A DNA stretch of 64,000 bases, taken from an uncultured Pseudomonadota bacterium (lineage in GTDB: Bacteria; Pseudomonadota; Alphaproteobacteria; Sphingomonadales; Sphingomonadaceae). The notes under the pieces were generated by a model, which was given only the letters and a program-made list of their open reading frames with translations, was not told the origin of the DNA and ran no database searches. This document shows, piece by piece, positions 12,131-27,728 of the stretch; the stretch's first letter is position 1, and every line of letters begins with the position of its first letter. The position numbers were made by a program, and so were the translations under genes. The stretch is taken from NCBI GenBank assembly GCA_963748685.1, contig CAVVKB010000006.1, positions 876 through 64,875 of the forward strand, in the 5' to 3' direction.

Positions 12131-12134
<4 letters not shown>
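10056..12134 (+). CDS. prsK: PEP-CTERM system histidine kinase PrsK; frameshifted
   Basis: Multi-TM N-terminus, KHLFEHRYDYRSEWLRFT, LDWEDFDLLRTAG, H-box FEEFNRRFAFILHDIKNLVSQLSLL, FASTKPGGFGIGAFEAR. Confidence 0.9.
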
Positions 12135-13494
<1,360 letters not shown>

Positions 13495-13585
13495 GCCGTC
13501 CGCTTCGACGAACGCATTTGCGGGCAGTGGCTTGCGCGCGCTAAGGTGCCGGCGCATCCTCCGCTCAATCCAACGGGCACTGCCC

Positions 13586-15414
13586 ATGGACCGTCGTTCG
13601 TTTCTCGCCACCGGCGCGACTCGTCGCGCTGCTTCCGCTCACCGACGCGCCGGCATTTGCCGCCGTCGCGAAACGCCGGGCGGCAACGACGCCAAGCTCA
13701 ACGCGCTGTTCGAGCGAGATCTTCCAGGAGCGAGTCCGCACACTCGCCGACACTCGCGACTTCGCTCGGCCTCGACAAGGGCCCCAACGCCGCGCTGAAG
13801 TCGAAGCTCGACACCGACCCGGCATCGACCGCGCGGCGCGAGGACCTCGCCCGCGACCGCGCGCGCGCATCGCCGCCGTCACGCGCGATCGCGCCCGGCA
13901 ACCCTGTCCGACGCCGCCAGGCTCAACCGCGAAGTCGTCATCTACTCGCTCGAAACCGCGACTGTCGCGCCGTCGCGCTGGAACATCGATTCCGCGCAGC
14001 GCCCCTATCCGATCATCGCAGCAGGGCGGCGCTTATTTCTCGACGCCCGATTTCCTCAACACGCGCGCACACGATCAACAATGCGGCCGATGCCGAGGCC
14101 TATCTGTCGCGGCTCGGCCAGTTCGCGACGGTGCTCGACAATGACACCGCCGAGCAGCGCGCGCAGGCGGCCCGCGGCTTCCTCGCGCCGGCCTGGTCGA
14201 TCGACCTAGCGCTCGGCCAGATGCGCAAGCTGCGCGATGTGCCGGCCGAGCAGAACACGATGGTCAAGTCGATCGTCCGCCGCGCCAGGGACAAGGGCAT
14301 CGCTGGCGACTGGCAGGCCCGCGCCGCGGCGATCGTCGCCAAGAGCGTCTATCCCGCGCTCGACCGGCAGATCGCGGCAATGGAGCAACTGAAGCCGACC
14401 AGCCGCCCGGCGATGGCGCGTGGCGCCTGCACCAACGGCGACGCGATCTATGCCGAAGCGCTGCGCCAGGCGACGACCACCAACTTCACGCCCGACGAGG
14501 TCCACCAGCTTGGCCTTGCCCAGGTCGCCGAGATCAGCGCCGCAACTCGACACGATCCTCAAGAGCCAGGGCTATACCCAGGGCACGGTCGGCGAGCGGC
14601 TGGAGGCGCGTCAATCGCACGCCCGCGCAGCTTTACGCGGACAGCGACGCCGGCCGCGCGGAGCTGCTGGGCTATCTCAATGACAGTCGTGAAGGACATG
14701 TACGCGCGCCTGCCCCAGGCCTTCGCGACGCTGCCCAACCAGCCGCTCGAAATCCGCCGAGTGCCGGTCGAGATCCAGGACGGCGCGTCGAACGGCTATT
14801 ACAACCGCGCCGCGCTCGATGGCTCGCGCCCCGCGATCTACTTCATCAATCTGAAGGACATCGGCGACTGGCCCAAATATTCGCTGCCGACGCTCAGCTA
14901 TCACGAGGGCGTTCCCGGCCATCACCTGCAGATCAGCATCGCCCAGGAATCGAAGGACATTCCGACGCTGCGCAAGCTCGGCTTCTTCTCGGCTTATTCC
15001 GAAGGCTGGGCGCTGTACGCCGAGCAGCTCGCCGACGAGCTCGGCGTCTATGCCAATGACCCGCTCGGCCGCGCCGGCTTCCTCCAGTCGTTCCTGTTCC
15101 GCGCCGCCCGCCTGGTCGTCGACACCGGCATCCACACCAAGCGCTGGAGCCGCGAGCAGGCGACCGATTACATGGTCAAGACCACCGGCTTCGCGCGTCC
15201 GCGGTCCCAGCGCGAGGTCGAGCGTTACTGCACGCATGATCGGCCAGGCCTGCAGCTACAAGGTCGGCCACACCGCCTGGACCCGCGCCCGCGACGAGGC
15301 GAAAAAGGCGCTGGGCGCGAAGTTCGACCTCAAGCAGTTCCACGAAGTCCTGCGCGAAGGCGCGATGCCGCTGTCGATCCTGGAACGCCGCATCAAGGAG
15401 CGGACGCGGGTCGC

Positions 15415-15418
<4 letters not shown>
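13586..15418 (+). CDS. DUF885 family protein (Tat-exported putative zinc metallopeptidase); frameshifted
   Basis: Twin-Arg signal MDRRSFL, YHEGVPGHHLQ, AYSEGWALYAE, RAARLVVDTGIH, GQACSYKVG. Confidence 0.85.
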
Positions 15419-17232
<1,814 letters not shown>

Positions 17233-17293
17233 CCGCGCCGCTTAGAAGAGCGTTCCCCGCCCCTCAATGCCTGAACGGCCGAACGACTTCAGC

Positions 17294-17310
17294 ATTCATA
17301 GCCTATTCAA
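17294..17310 (+). promoter_or_regulatory. Candidate OmpR/PhoP-family direct-repeat box
   Basis: ATTCAT-AGCCT-ATTCAA, 11-bp period, about 40 bp upstream of the PepSY-like/response regulator/kinase operon. Confidence 0.45.
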
Positions 17311-17350
17311 TGCATGGTGATACAAAGCTGGACGAACAAAGAGTCGCGCC

Positions 17351-17652
17351 ATGAAACTGTTGCGTACCCTTCTCATCGCCGCCGCTGTTGCGGTTGGCCT
17401 CACCAGCGCCCCGGCGCTGGCCGATCCCCCGCGCGATGCCGACCGCGCGTTCCGGTCGCGCGAGCAGGGCCGGTCGATGCCGCTGCCGCAGCTCGAACGC
17501 CGGGTGATGCCGATGATGGGCGGCGCCGACTATCTCGGGCCTGAACTCAACGGCGACGCCTATCGCTTCAAGTTCATGCAGAACGGCCGCGTCATCTGGG
17601 TCGACGTCGACGGCCAGGGCCGGGTCCTGCGCCGGTCGCGCGACCTGACTAA
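17351..17652 (+). CDS. Small secreted PepSY-like protein preceding a two-component system
   Basis: Signal peptide ending ALA-D; YRFKFMQNGRVIWVDVDGQGRVL resembles PepSY. The true stop is probably near 17650, and the ORF-track extension to 17725 is likely indel-caused. Confidence 0.6.
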
Positions 17653-17758
17653 GCGGGCGATTGACTTTCCTCGCCGAAGTCCCAGTTGTTCCGGTAAAGC
17701 AACTTCTCGTCGCAACGCGGGTTGACGGCGCGAACATGAACAGCTCCGGGGAGCATCG

Positions 17759-18425
17759 ATGCGCGTTCTGATCGTCGAAGACGAACCCAATCTCGGGCGC
17801 CAGCTGCGCTCGACGCTCGAGGGCGCCGGCTATGCGGTCGACCTCGCCACCGATGGCGAGGACGGCCATTATCTCGGCTCGACCGAAAACTACGACGCGG
17901 TGATCCTCGATCTCGGCCTGCCCGAGGTCGACGGGCTCACCGTGCTCGACCGCTGGCGCAAGGAAGCGCGCAAGATGCCGGTGCTGGTGCTCACCGCGCG
18001 CGACAGCTGGTCGGACAAGGTGGCCGGCCTCGACGCCGGCGCCGACGATTATCTCGCCAAGCCGTTCCAGACCGAGGAGCTGATTGCCCGCCTGCGCGCG
18101 CTGATCCGCCGTTCTTCGGGCAATGCGTCGAGCGAGCTCATCGCCGGCGACATCCGCCTCGACACCCGGTCGGGCAAGGTCACCAAGGCGGGCGAGCCGG
18201 TGAAGCTCACCGCGCAGGAATATAAGCTCCTCGTCCTACCTCATGCACCACAAGGGCAAGGTGGTGAGCCGGACCGAGCTCATCGAGCATATCTACGACC
18301 AGGATTTCGACCGCGATTCCAACACCATCGAAGTGTTCGTGACCCGCATCCGCAAGAAGCTCGGCGCCGACGTCATCACCACGATCCGCGGCCTCGGCTA
18401 TTCGCTGGAGGAACCGGCCGGTTGA
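17759..18425 (+). CDS. OmpR-family response regulator (PhoP/FeuP-like); one frameshift
   Basis: MRVLIVEDE, ILDLGLP, LTARDSWSDKVAGLDAGADDYLAKPF, DRDSNTIEVFVTRIRKK, TIRGLGY. Confidence 0.9.
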
Positions 18426-19841
18426 ACGTTGAAAGCCCCGCGGCTCCCGCCGCGGCGGCGGACGAGCGTCACCGTCCCCGAAGAGCCGCGCGCGCATCGG
18501 TTCGCTTAACCGGCGCATGATCGGCGTCGCGGCGATCTGGATCGCCGCGCTCCTGCTGATCGGCGGCTTTGCGCTCGACCGGGTCCTGTCGCGCTCGATC
18601 GTCGACAGTTTCGACAACCAGCTGGTCTTCGTCCTGAACTCGATGATCGCCTCGTCGGAGATCGGGCCCGACGGCGAAGTCCGCTTCAACCGCGCGCCGG
18701 CCGACCAGCGCTTCGTCGAACCCTATTCGGGTCTCTATTTCCAGATCAGCGGCACCGGCGCGGAGACCTTCCCCTCGCGCTCGCTGTGGGATCGGCGGCT
18801 CCGCGTTGCCGACACCCACGCCGACGTGAAGCCGCACCTTTACGACAGCGACGAATTCTCGACCACGGACCATGCCGAGCCAATGCGCGTCGTCGGAGCG
18901 CGACGCGATCCTGCCTGGATCGACGGTGCGCTGGCGCTTCCAGGTCGCGCAATCGCGCGAAACGATCGACGACCAGATCCGCAATCTTCGGTCGACTTTG
19001 ATCTGGAGCTTCTCGGCGCTTGGCGTCGGGCCTGCTCGTCCTGGCTGCGTTGCAGACCTTCTATGGCCTGTGGCCGCTCCGCCGGGTCCGCAATGAGGTC
19101 GCCTCCATCCGGTCGGGCGAGAAAACCCGCATCAGCGACGAATTCCCGACCGAGATCACGCCGCTGACGGAGGAGATCAACCAGCTGCTCGCCCACAGCG
19201 AGGCGCAGGCGGAGGAAGCGCGGCGGCACGCCGGCAACCTTGCGCACGCGCTCAAGACTCCGCTGACCGTGATTACCAACGCCGCGACCGCCAACGACCC
19301 CGAACTGGTCGAGACGGTGTGCCGCGAAGCGCTCGGTGATGCGCCGCCAGGTCGACCACCATCTCGCCCGCGCCCGGGCCATCGGCCGCCGCGCCGCAGC
19401 CCAGTCGCGGGCGATCGTGTGGGAGAGCCTCGAGGCGGTCCAGCGCGCGGTCGATCGGCTGCACGAGGGAGTCACGGTCGATATTGCGGGCGATCATCAG
19501 GCGCAGGTCCGCGTCGAGCGCCAGGACCTCGACGAAATGCTCGGCAACCTCGTCGAGAATGCCGCGAAATACGGCGGCGGCCGCGTCTTCGTGACCGTCG
19601 AGCCAAAGGGCGCAGATGGTGGACATCCTCGTCGAGGATGACGGCCCGGGCATCCCCGAGGAAAAGCGCGGGGAACTGTTCACCCGCGGCGCCCGGCTCG
19701 ACACGACCGGCAAGCCCGGAACCGGCCTCGGGCTCGCCATCGTCCGCGACGTCGCCGAAATCTATGGCGGCTGCGATCCACCTCGAGGAAAGCGAAGACC
19801 TTGGCGGCCTGCTCGCGCGCCTGAGCCTGCCCGCGGGCTAA
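18422..19841 (+). CDS. Sensor histidine kinase (PhoQ/FeuQ-like); frameshifted
   Basis: Two TM segments, H-box GNLAHALKTPL, GNLVENAAKY, EDDGPGIP, GTGLGLAIV, LGGL. Confidence 0.88.
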
Positions 19842-19932
19842 GCCCTGCCGCTTTTTCGTCGAAAAGCCCGTTGCGCCGCGGCGCCCCGTCCCTAGGCTCG
19901 GCCAAATCGAATTCGGGGTGGAGGGTTTTCCT

Positions 19933-21954
19933 ATGCGTTTCCGTCACTTGCTGCTTGCCGGCTGCTTCGCCTCTCTCGCCGGCGCCGGGCCTTCGTGCCG
20001 CGCTCCGCGCTATGGCACCTGGGGCGCTGCGACGGCGGACATGGACACCAAGGTCAAGCCCGGCGACAGCATGTTCGAGTATCGCGGAGGGCACCTGGCT
20101 CCGCAACCACCCGATTCCCGCTGACAAGTCCGGCGCGGGCTATAATTACGAGCTGCCCGACGAGATCGAGCAGCAGGTCAGGAAAATGGTCGAGGACGTC
20201 ACCGCCAGACCGACCTCACCCATCGCGCGGAAGATCGGCGACGCCTACGCCGCCTGGATGGACGAGGCCGGGATCGAGGCCCGCGGATTGGCCCCACTGA
20301 AGCCTTACCTCGCGCGGATCGACGCGGTTTCCAACCGCGGCGACCTTGTCCGGCTGATGATGGAGCCCGGCTACGCGAGCCCGGTCAATGTCGGCATCAG
20401 CGCCGACCAGGACAATCCGGCCCGCTACACGGCCGTCGCCGGCCAGGCGCGGCTCGGCCTCCCGACCCGCGATTATTACCTGCTCAAGGGCGAGAAATAC
20501 GACACCATCCGAAGCGCCTACCGGGCCTATATCGTAAAGCTCGGCCAGCTCGCGGGCCTGTCCGACCCCGAAGGGCGCGCCGACCGCATCATCGCGCTCG
20601 AAACCCGCCTGTCGCAGGACCAGTGGACCCCCGAGCGGCGCCGCGATCCGGTTGCCACGCATAACCCAATGACCCGAGCCCAGCTACGAAGCTGGCGCCG
20701 CAGTTCGACTGGACGGCCACGCTGCGCTCGATGGGCCTCGCCGCGGCGACCAAGGTCGATATCGCGGAGCCGAGCGCTGTGACGGCGGCCGGTAAGCGGC
20801 TCGCCGATGTCCATCTCGCCACATGGAAGGAATATCTGGCCTTCCGCTTCATCAGCGACCACGCCAACGACCTGCCCCACGCCTTCGATGCGGCTCGCTT
20901 CGATTTCTACAGCAAGACGCTGAATGACGTCCCCGAGCAACGCGCGCGCTGGAAGCGCGGCATGGCGATGCTTGACAACAGCCTCGGCGAAGCGGTCGGG
21001 CAGCTTTACGTCGCCCAATATTGGCCGAGCGAGACCGCCAGCGCGGCCAACGAGCTCGTCAGCGACATGGAGGATGCTTATCGCGAGAAGATCTCGAACG
21101 CCTCGTGGATGGATGCGGCCACCCGCAAGAAGGCGCTGGAGAAGCTCGGTACCTTCGATCCGCGCGTCGGCCATCCGGTCAAGTGGATCGACTATTCGAC
21201 GCTTCAGATCAGCCGGACCGATCCGCTCGCGAACGATGTCGCCACCGAAAATTTCCAGTGGCAGCTCGAGCTCAAGCGCTTTCCGCAGCCGGTCGACGGA
21301 CCCTGTGGGAAATGACCCCGCAGACGGTGAACGCTTATTACGACCCGACGATGAACCAGATCACGGTTCCGGCCGCGATCCTGCAGCCGCCTTTCTTCGA
21401 CGCCAATGCCGATGCCGCCGTCAATTATGCTGAGACCGGCGCGACCACGATCGGCCACGAAATGGGCCACGGCTATGACGATGAAGGCCGGCAGTATGAT
21501 GCCAGCGGGCGCCTGCGCAATTGGTGGACCCCGGCGACCGCGGCCAAATACAAGGTCAAGGCCGACCGCCTCGCGGCGCAGTTCGATCAGTACGAACCGA
21601 TCCCGGGCGTCCACATCAAGGGCAAGCTCACCCTCGGCGAGAACCTCGCCGATCTCGGCGGGCTGGAGACCGCTTACGCGGCCTATCGCCGGTACGTCGG
21701 CGCGCCATGGCGAGCCGCCGGTGATCGATGGCTACACCGGCGACCAGCGCTTCTTCATCGCTTATGCCCAGGCGTGGCAGGGCAAGCGCCGCGAAGGCGC
21801 GCTGCGGCAGCAGCTGCTCAGCAATCCGCACAGTCCGGATCAGTATCGGGTCGACGGCATCGTCCGCAATTTCGACCCTTGGTACAAAGCGTTCAACGTG
21901 CAGCCCGGCGACAAGCTTTACCTGCCGCCGGAACAGCGGGTTCACGTGTGGTGA
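19933..21954 (+). CDS. M13 family (neprilysin/PepO-like) metallopeptidase, copy 1; frameshifted
   Basis: VKPGD, VNAYYDP, AAILQPPFFD, GHEMGHGYD (HExxH), GENLADLGG, YLPPEQRVHVW. Confidence 0.9.
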
Positions 21955-22062
21955 GAGCCGGGCGACCTCCCGTCGCCCAGACTCATCCGTTCGTCGAAAA
22001 AGCTTGCCTTTACAGCGGCATATAGGGCATTGCCGACCCGTTTACCGGAGGGTGATTAATCC

Positions 22063-24089
22063 ATGAAATTCAAGATGTTGGCGCTCGCGACCGCGAGCCT
22101 GCTCACCGTTGCCGCCGCGGCCGATGCCGCCAAGCCTGTTTACGGCGACTGGGGCTATAACCCGGCGGCGATGGACCAGTCCGTCAAGCCCGGTGACGAC
22201 TTCTGGGCCTATGTGAACGGCACTTGGGACAAGAATACCCCGATCGCGGCCGACCGTGCTTCGGCCGGTCCGTTCGTCACCTTGTCCGACAAATCCGAGG
22301 CGCGACGTGCGCCAGATCGTCGAGCAGCTGGCCAATGACCCGAACCGCGACCACCTCGGTCAGCAGGTCGGCGACTTTTATTCGAGCTTCATGGACACCG
22401 CCGCCGTCGACGCTGCCGGCACGGCTCCGCTGAAGCCCTACCTCGCCGAGATCAGTGGCGCCAAGACGCGCGCGCAGCTGCTCTCGCTGTTCATCAAGCC
22501 GGGCTTCGCGAGCCCGATCGATCTCGGCATCGGGACCGAATTTCAAGAACCCCGACGTCTATGCCGTCTTCTCGGGCCAGGCGACGCTCGGCCTTCCGAG
22601 CCGCGAATATTATCTCGAAGACAATGCGAAGATGAAGGCGCATCGCGCCGCCTATCGCGATTATATCGTCGACGATCGAGAAGCTCGCCGGCCTGCCCGG
22701 CGGCGAAGCTGCCGCCGACCGCATCATCGCGCTGGAAACCGCGCTGTCGAAGGTCCAGTGGCCGGCCGCCGATCGCCGCGACATCGACAAGATCTACAAT
22801 CCGATGACGGTCGCCCAGCTGCATCAAGCTGGCGCCGCAGTTCGACTGGGCGGCGACGCTCGCCAAGTCGGGCCTCGGCCGCCCGCCAGTCGATCATCGT
22901 CACCGAACCGTCGGCAGTCTCCGGCGCCGGCAAGATCCTGGCATCAACTCCGCTCTCGACCTGGAAGGAATGGCTCGCGTTCCGCTTTGTGTCAGACCAT
23001 GCGAGCGTTCTTCCCAAAGCGATCGACGATGCCCGCTTTGCCTTCTACTCGAAGGAGCTGAACGGCGTTCAGCAGCAGCGCGAGCGCTGGAAGCGCGGCG
23101 TGCAGGCGGTCAACGGCGCGCTCGGCGAGGGGGTCGGCAAGATCTACGTCAAGCAGCATTATCCGGCCGCGTCCGAAGCGCAGATGAAGGAGCTGATCGG
23201 CAACCTTGAGGACGCCTATCGCGACCGCATCACGAACAATCAGTGGATGGACGCCGCAACCCGCCAGGCCGCACTTGAGAAACTGACGGCGTTCGAGCCG
23301 CGCATCGGTCACCCGATCAAATATATCGACTATTCGTCGATGAACGTCGTGAAGGGCCAGCCGCTCGCGAATGCCATGGCTTCCGCGGACTTCGAATGGA
23401 AGCTCGCGCTCAAGCGCTTCCCGAAGCCGGTCGATCGCTCGTTGTGGGGCATGTATCCGCAGACGATCAACGCTTACTACAACCCGCTGGCGAACCAGAT
23501 CACCTTCCCGGCCGCCATTCTGCAGCCGCCCTTCTTCGATCCCAACGCCGATCCGGCTGCCAATTATGGGGCGATCGGTGCGGTGATCGGCCACGAGATG
23601 GGCCACGGCTTCGACAATGAAGGCCGCAAGTTCGACCCGAAGGGCAAGCTTCGGGATTGGTGGTCGGCACAGGCTGCCAAGGACTTCACCACGAAGACCG
23701 ACGCGCTGGTCGCGCAGTACAACGGCTTCAAGCCGTTCCCGGATCTCGCGGTCAACGGCAAGCTGACGCTGGGCGAGAACATCGGTGACCTCTCGGGCGT
23801 CGAAAATGCCTATTCGGCGTACAAGAAGTACACCGCCAAGCATGGCGAGCCGCCGGTCATCGACGGTCTGACCGGCGACCAGCGCTTCTTCATCGCTTAC
23901 GCCCAGGCGTGGCAGGAAAAGCAGCGCGAAGACGCCGAGCGGCAGCAGGTGATCACCAACGAGCACAGCCCGGGGAAGTATCGGGTGAACGGCATCGTCC
24001 GGAACGTCGACGCCTGGTACAAGGCGTTCAACGTCCAGCCGGGCGACAAGTTGTATCTGCCGCCGGAACAGCGCGTTCACATCTGGTAA
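22063..24089 (+). CDS. M13 family metallopeptidase, copy 2; frameshifted in the 5' half
   Basis: Signal peptide, VKPGDDFWAYVNG, INAYYNP, NYGAIGAVIGHEMGHGFD, GENIGDLSG, YLPPEQRVHIW. Confidence 0.92.
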
Positions 24090-24129
24090 GCGGCTTTGAA
24101 AAACGGCGCCGTCCCCGCTAGGGCGCGCC

Positions 24130-25137
24130 GTGACCGCCTCCGTTCACACGCTGAGCACCAGCGCCCCCCGTCGCTCGACGCCCTGATCGCGCTCGCACGA
24201 CATGAACGGAGTCAATGCCGTCATCCTCGAGCGGATGCAGAGCAAGGTCGCGCTCATCCCCGAGCTTGCCGGTCACCTCATCGCCGGCGGCGGCAAGCGG
24301 ATGCGGCCGATGCTGACGCTCGCGAGCGCCAGCCTGCTCGGCTACCCCGGCACGCGCCATTACAAGCTCGCCGCCGCGGTCGAGTTCATCCACACCGCGA
24401 CCCTGCTTCACGACGATGTCGTCGACGGCTCCGGCATGCGGCGCGGCAAGCGAACCGCGAACCTCATCTGGGGCAATCCCGCCAGCGTCCTGGTCGGCGA
24501 CTTCCTGTTCAGCCGCGCGTTCGAACTGATGGTCGAGGACGGCAGCCTGAAGGTCCTTCGCATTCTCAGCCATGCCTCGGCCGTGATCGCCGAGGGCGAG
24601 GTCAACCAGCTGACCGCCCAACGCCAGATCGACACCGACGAGGATCATTATCTCGACATCATCAGCGCCAAGACGGCGGCTCTGTTCGCCGCGGCGTGCC
24701 GGGTCTCGCCGGTCGTGGCCGAGGCGGGCGAGGACGCCGAGCTCGCGCTCGACAGCTACGGCCGGAACCTCGGCATCGCCTTCCAGTTGACCGATGACGT
24801 CATCGATTATGCGTCGGATGCCGAGACCATGGGCAAGGGCGTCGGCGACGATTTTCGCGACGGGAAAATGACATTGCCGGTGATCCTCGCCTACGCGCGC
24901 GGCAGCGACGACGATCGCAACTTCTGGCGGTCGGCGATCGGCGGCGAGCGGATTGCCGACGCCGACCTCGCCCACGCGATCGACCTGTTGAAACACACGG
25001 ACGCGCTGGCCGATACGATCGAACGCGCGCGCCAGTACGGCCGGCGGGCGATCGATGCCCTTGCGATGTTCCCGGCGGGCAAGGCCAAGACCGCGCTCAT
25101 CGAAGCCGCCGAGTTCGCGGTCGCGCGCGCTTACTGA
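24130..25137 (+). CDS. ispB: Polyprenyl diphosphate synthase (IspB-like)
   Basis: GGKRMRP, LLHDDVVD (first Asp-rich motif), RRG, KTA, FQLTDD, GKGVGDDFRDGKMTLP. Confidence 0.9.
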
Positions 25138-25139
25138 CG

Positions 25140-25280
25140 CCTGTCCTACAGGACGGCGCCTGTGCCACAGGCGCGATGTGCGGCTGTCTATCTCTCAGTC
25201 CGACTCTTTCAGATGCACCAGAACGCGCGCGCGTGAAGGCGCGCACCGTAAGGCTGCTGCAATCGCTGCGTTTCGGGGCG
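25140..25280. repeat. Intergenic element with two CCTGT-N3-ACAGG palindromes; possible short repeat or MITE-like remnant
   Basis: CCTGTCCTACAGG (25140-25152) and CCTGTGCCACAGG (25159-25171), followed by a GCGCGCGCG tract. Confidence 0.3.
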
Positions 25281-25283
25281 ATC

Positions 25284-27728
25284 ATGAACCGCTGCCCATC
25301 GACGATGTCCTGCCGGACCTGCTCGCCGCCCTCCGCGAAAGCGGCCGGGCGCTGCTCATCGCGCCGCCCGGCGCTGGCAAGACGACCAGGATCGCGCCCG
25401 CGCTGCTTGCCGAACCCTGGTGCATCGGTGACATCCTGCTGCTCGTTCCCCGCCGCCTCGCTGCCCGAGCCGCCGCCGAGTTCATGGCGGGCGAGCTCGG
25501 CGAGAAGCCCGGCCAGACCATCGGCTATGCGACGCGGCTCGACTCCAAGGTCAGCAAAGACACTCGCATCGTTGCGATGACCCACGGCGTGTTCCTGTCG
25601 CGGATTCAGGCTGACCCCGAGCTCGCCCGCGTCTCGGCGGTGCTGTTCGACGAGGTCCATGAGCGCAGCCTCGACAACGATCTTGCGCTGGCGCTCGCGT
25701 TGGATGCCGCGACGGCGTTGCGGCCTGACCTTCGCCTGCTGGCCATGTCGGCCACGCTCGACGTCGATCGGTTCCACCGGTTGCTCGACCGTCCTTCGAC
25801 CATCGTAAGCGAGGGCAAGAGTTTTCCCCTCGACATCCGCCACATCGGCCGCGATTCGGGCGCGAGGATCGAGCCACAAATGGCGAGCGCAATTCGAATG
25901 GCGCTCGGCGAGCATGGCGGATCGCTCCTCGCCTTCCTGCCGGGCGTGGCTGAGATTCAGCGCACGGCGGATGCGCTGGGCAACCTCCCTGCTGACGTCG
26001 AATTGCACAAGCTGCATGGCGGCATCGAACCGACGGTTCAGCGCAGAGCCCTCGCCCCTCCGCCACAAGGCAAGCGCAAGCTCGTTCTGGCCACCAGTAT
26101 TGCCGAGACCAGCGTCACGCTTCAGGACGTGCGCGTCGTCGTCGACAGCGGCTTGGCGCGCCGGCCCCGCTACGACCGCGGCGCGGGCCTGACGAGGCTC
26201 GTCACCGAGCGTGCGAGCAGAGCGGCGGTCACCCAGCGCGCCGGCCGCGCCGCGCGCCAGAGGCCGGGAGTCGCCATCCGTCTGTGGACGGAGGCCGCCA
26301 ATGCGTCGCTACCTGCCCATGATCCGCCGGAGATCCTTGAAGCCGATTTGTCGAGCCTCCTGCTCGCGACCTCCTTGTGGGGCGAAACCGACCCGCGGAA
26401 GTTGCCCTTTCTGGACCCGCCTCCGCCCGCTGCCGTGGCGGAAGCGCGCGAGCGACTGCAGCGTCTCGGCGCGATCGAGACAGAGGGTCGCATAACCAAG
26501 CATGGCCGCGCGATTGCGGCTTTGCCGCTCGCGCCGCGCCTCGCCCACATGCTGATCGAGTCCCGGGATCGCGGCTGGCTTGCATCCGCGGCCGAGGTTG
26601 CCGTCCTGCTCACGGAGCGCGGCTTGGGCGGCAACGATCCCGACCTGGAATCGCGGGCGCGCCGGTGGCGGTCCGACCGCTCGCCTCGCGCCGAAGCCGC
26701 TCGGAAGTTGGCCGCGAACTGGTGCCTGCGTCTTGGTGGTCATGGCATCGACCAAGACGGGCACGATCGCGCCAGGCCCTCGCTCTCGCCTTTCCTGATC
26801 GGCTGAGCCGGCGCCGCGATTCTTCCGGGGAGAGTTGGCAATCGGTCGGCGGTCGCGGCTTCCGGCTCGATCCCGCAAGCGCTCTCGCCGGCAGCCAGTG
26901 GCTCGCGGTCGGCGAAGTGGCGGGCCATGCGTCAGGCGCAAGAATCCTGTCCGCGGCGGCGATCGATGAGCAATCCGTCCTCGACCTCTTCGCCGACCGC
27001 ATCGAAACACGCCATGACGGCGACTTCGATCCGGCTACCGGCTCGGTCACTCCGACCCGCAGTCGTCGCCTCGGAGCGATCAGGATTGCGAGCGGGCCCG
27101 ATCCGAAGCCGGACCAGGCCGCGATCGAGCAGGCGCTGATCGATGGCGTCGTCAACCATGGCCTGGCACTCCTGCCATGGGACGAAGCCGCGACGCAGCT
27201 CCGGCTTCGAGCCGATTTTGCGCACCGCTATGATCAAAAAATTCCACGCCTGGATGACGACTTGTTGATCAAGCAGCTTGGCGAATGGTTGGCGCCGCTG
27301 CTGGTGCGGCAAGCGCCGCCTGGGCGATCTGGCGCCCGGCGGGCTCGACGGGCGCACTGCAACAATTGCTGGGGTATGAAAACGCCCGACGGCTCGACCA
27401 GCTGGCGCCGGCGGATTTCGCCAGCCCGGCCGGCAGCCATCACCTGATCGATTATTCGGCGCCCGGGGGTCCGGCCGTCGAAGTTCGCGCTCAGGCACTG
27501 TTCGGTCTGTCGCGCCATCCAATGCTGGCGGACGGCAAAGTGCCGCTGATCCTTGCCATCACCTCGCCCGCCGGCCGTCCCATCCAGACCACGAACGACC
27601 TGCCCGCCTTCTGGTCGGGCAGCTGGCGCGACGTCGCCAAGGAGATGCGCGGGCGCTATCCGAAGCACAATTGGCCGGACGACCCCGCCTCGGCGCTGCC
27701 GACGCTGCGAACGAAGCGAGCGCCCTAG
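25284..27728 (+). CDS. hrpB: ATP-dependent helicase HrpB; frameshifted
   Basis: LPIDDVL, APPGAGKTT, FDEVHERSL, MSAT, ATSIAETS, QRAGRAAR, SPAGRPIQTT.DL..FW.GSW..V.KEMRGRYPKH.WP. Confidence 0.92.
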
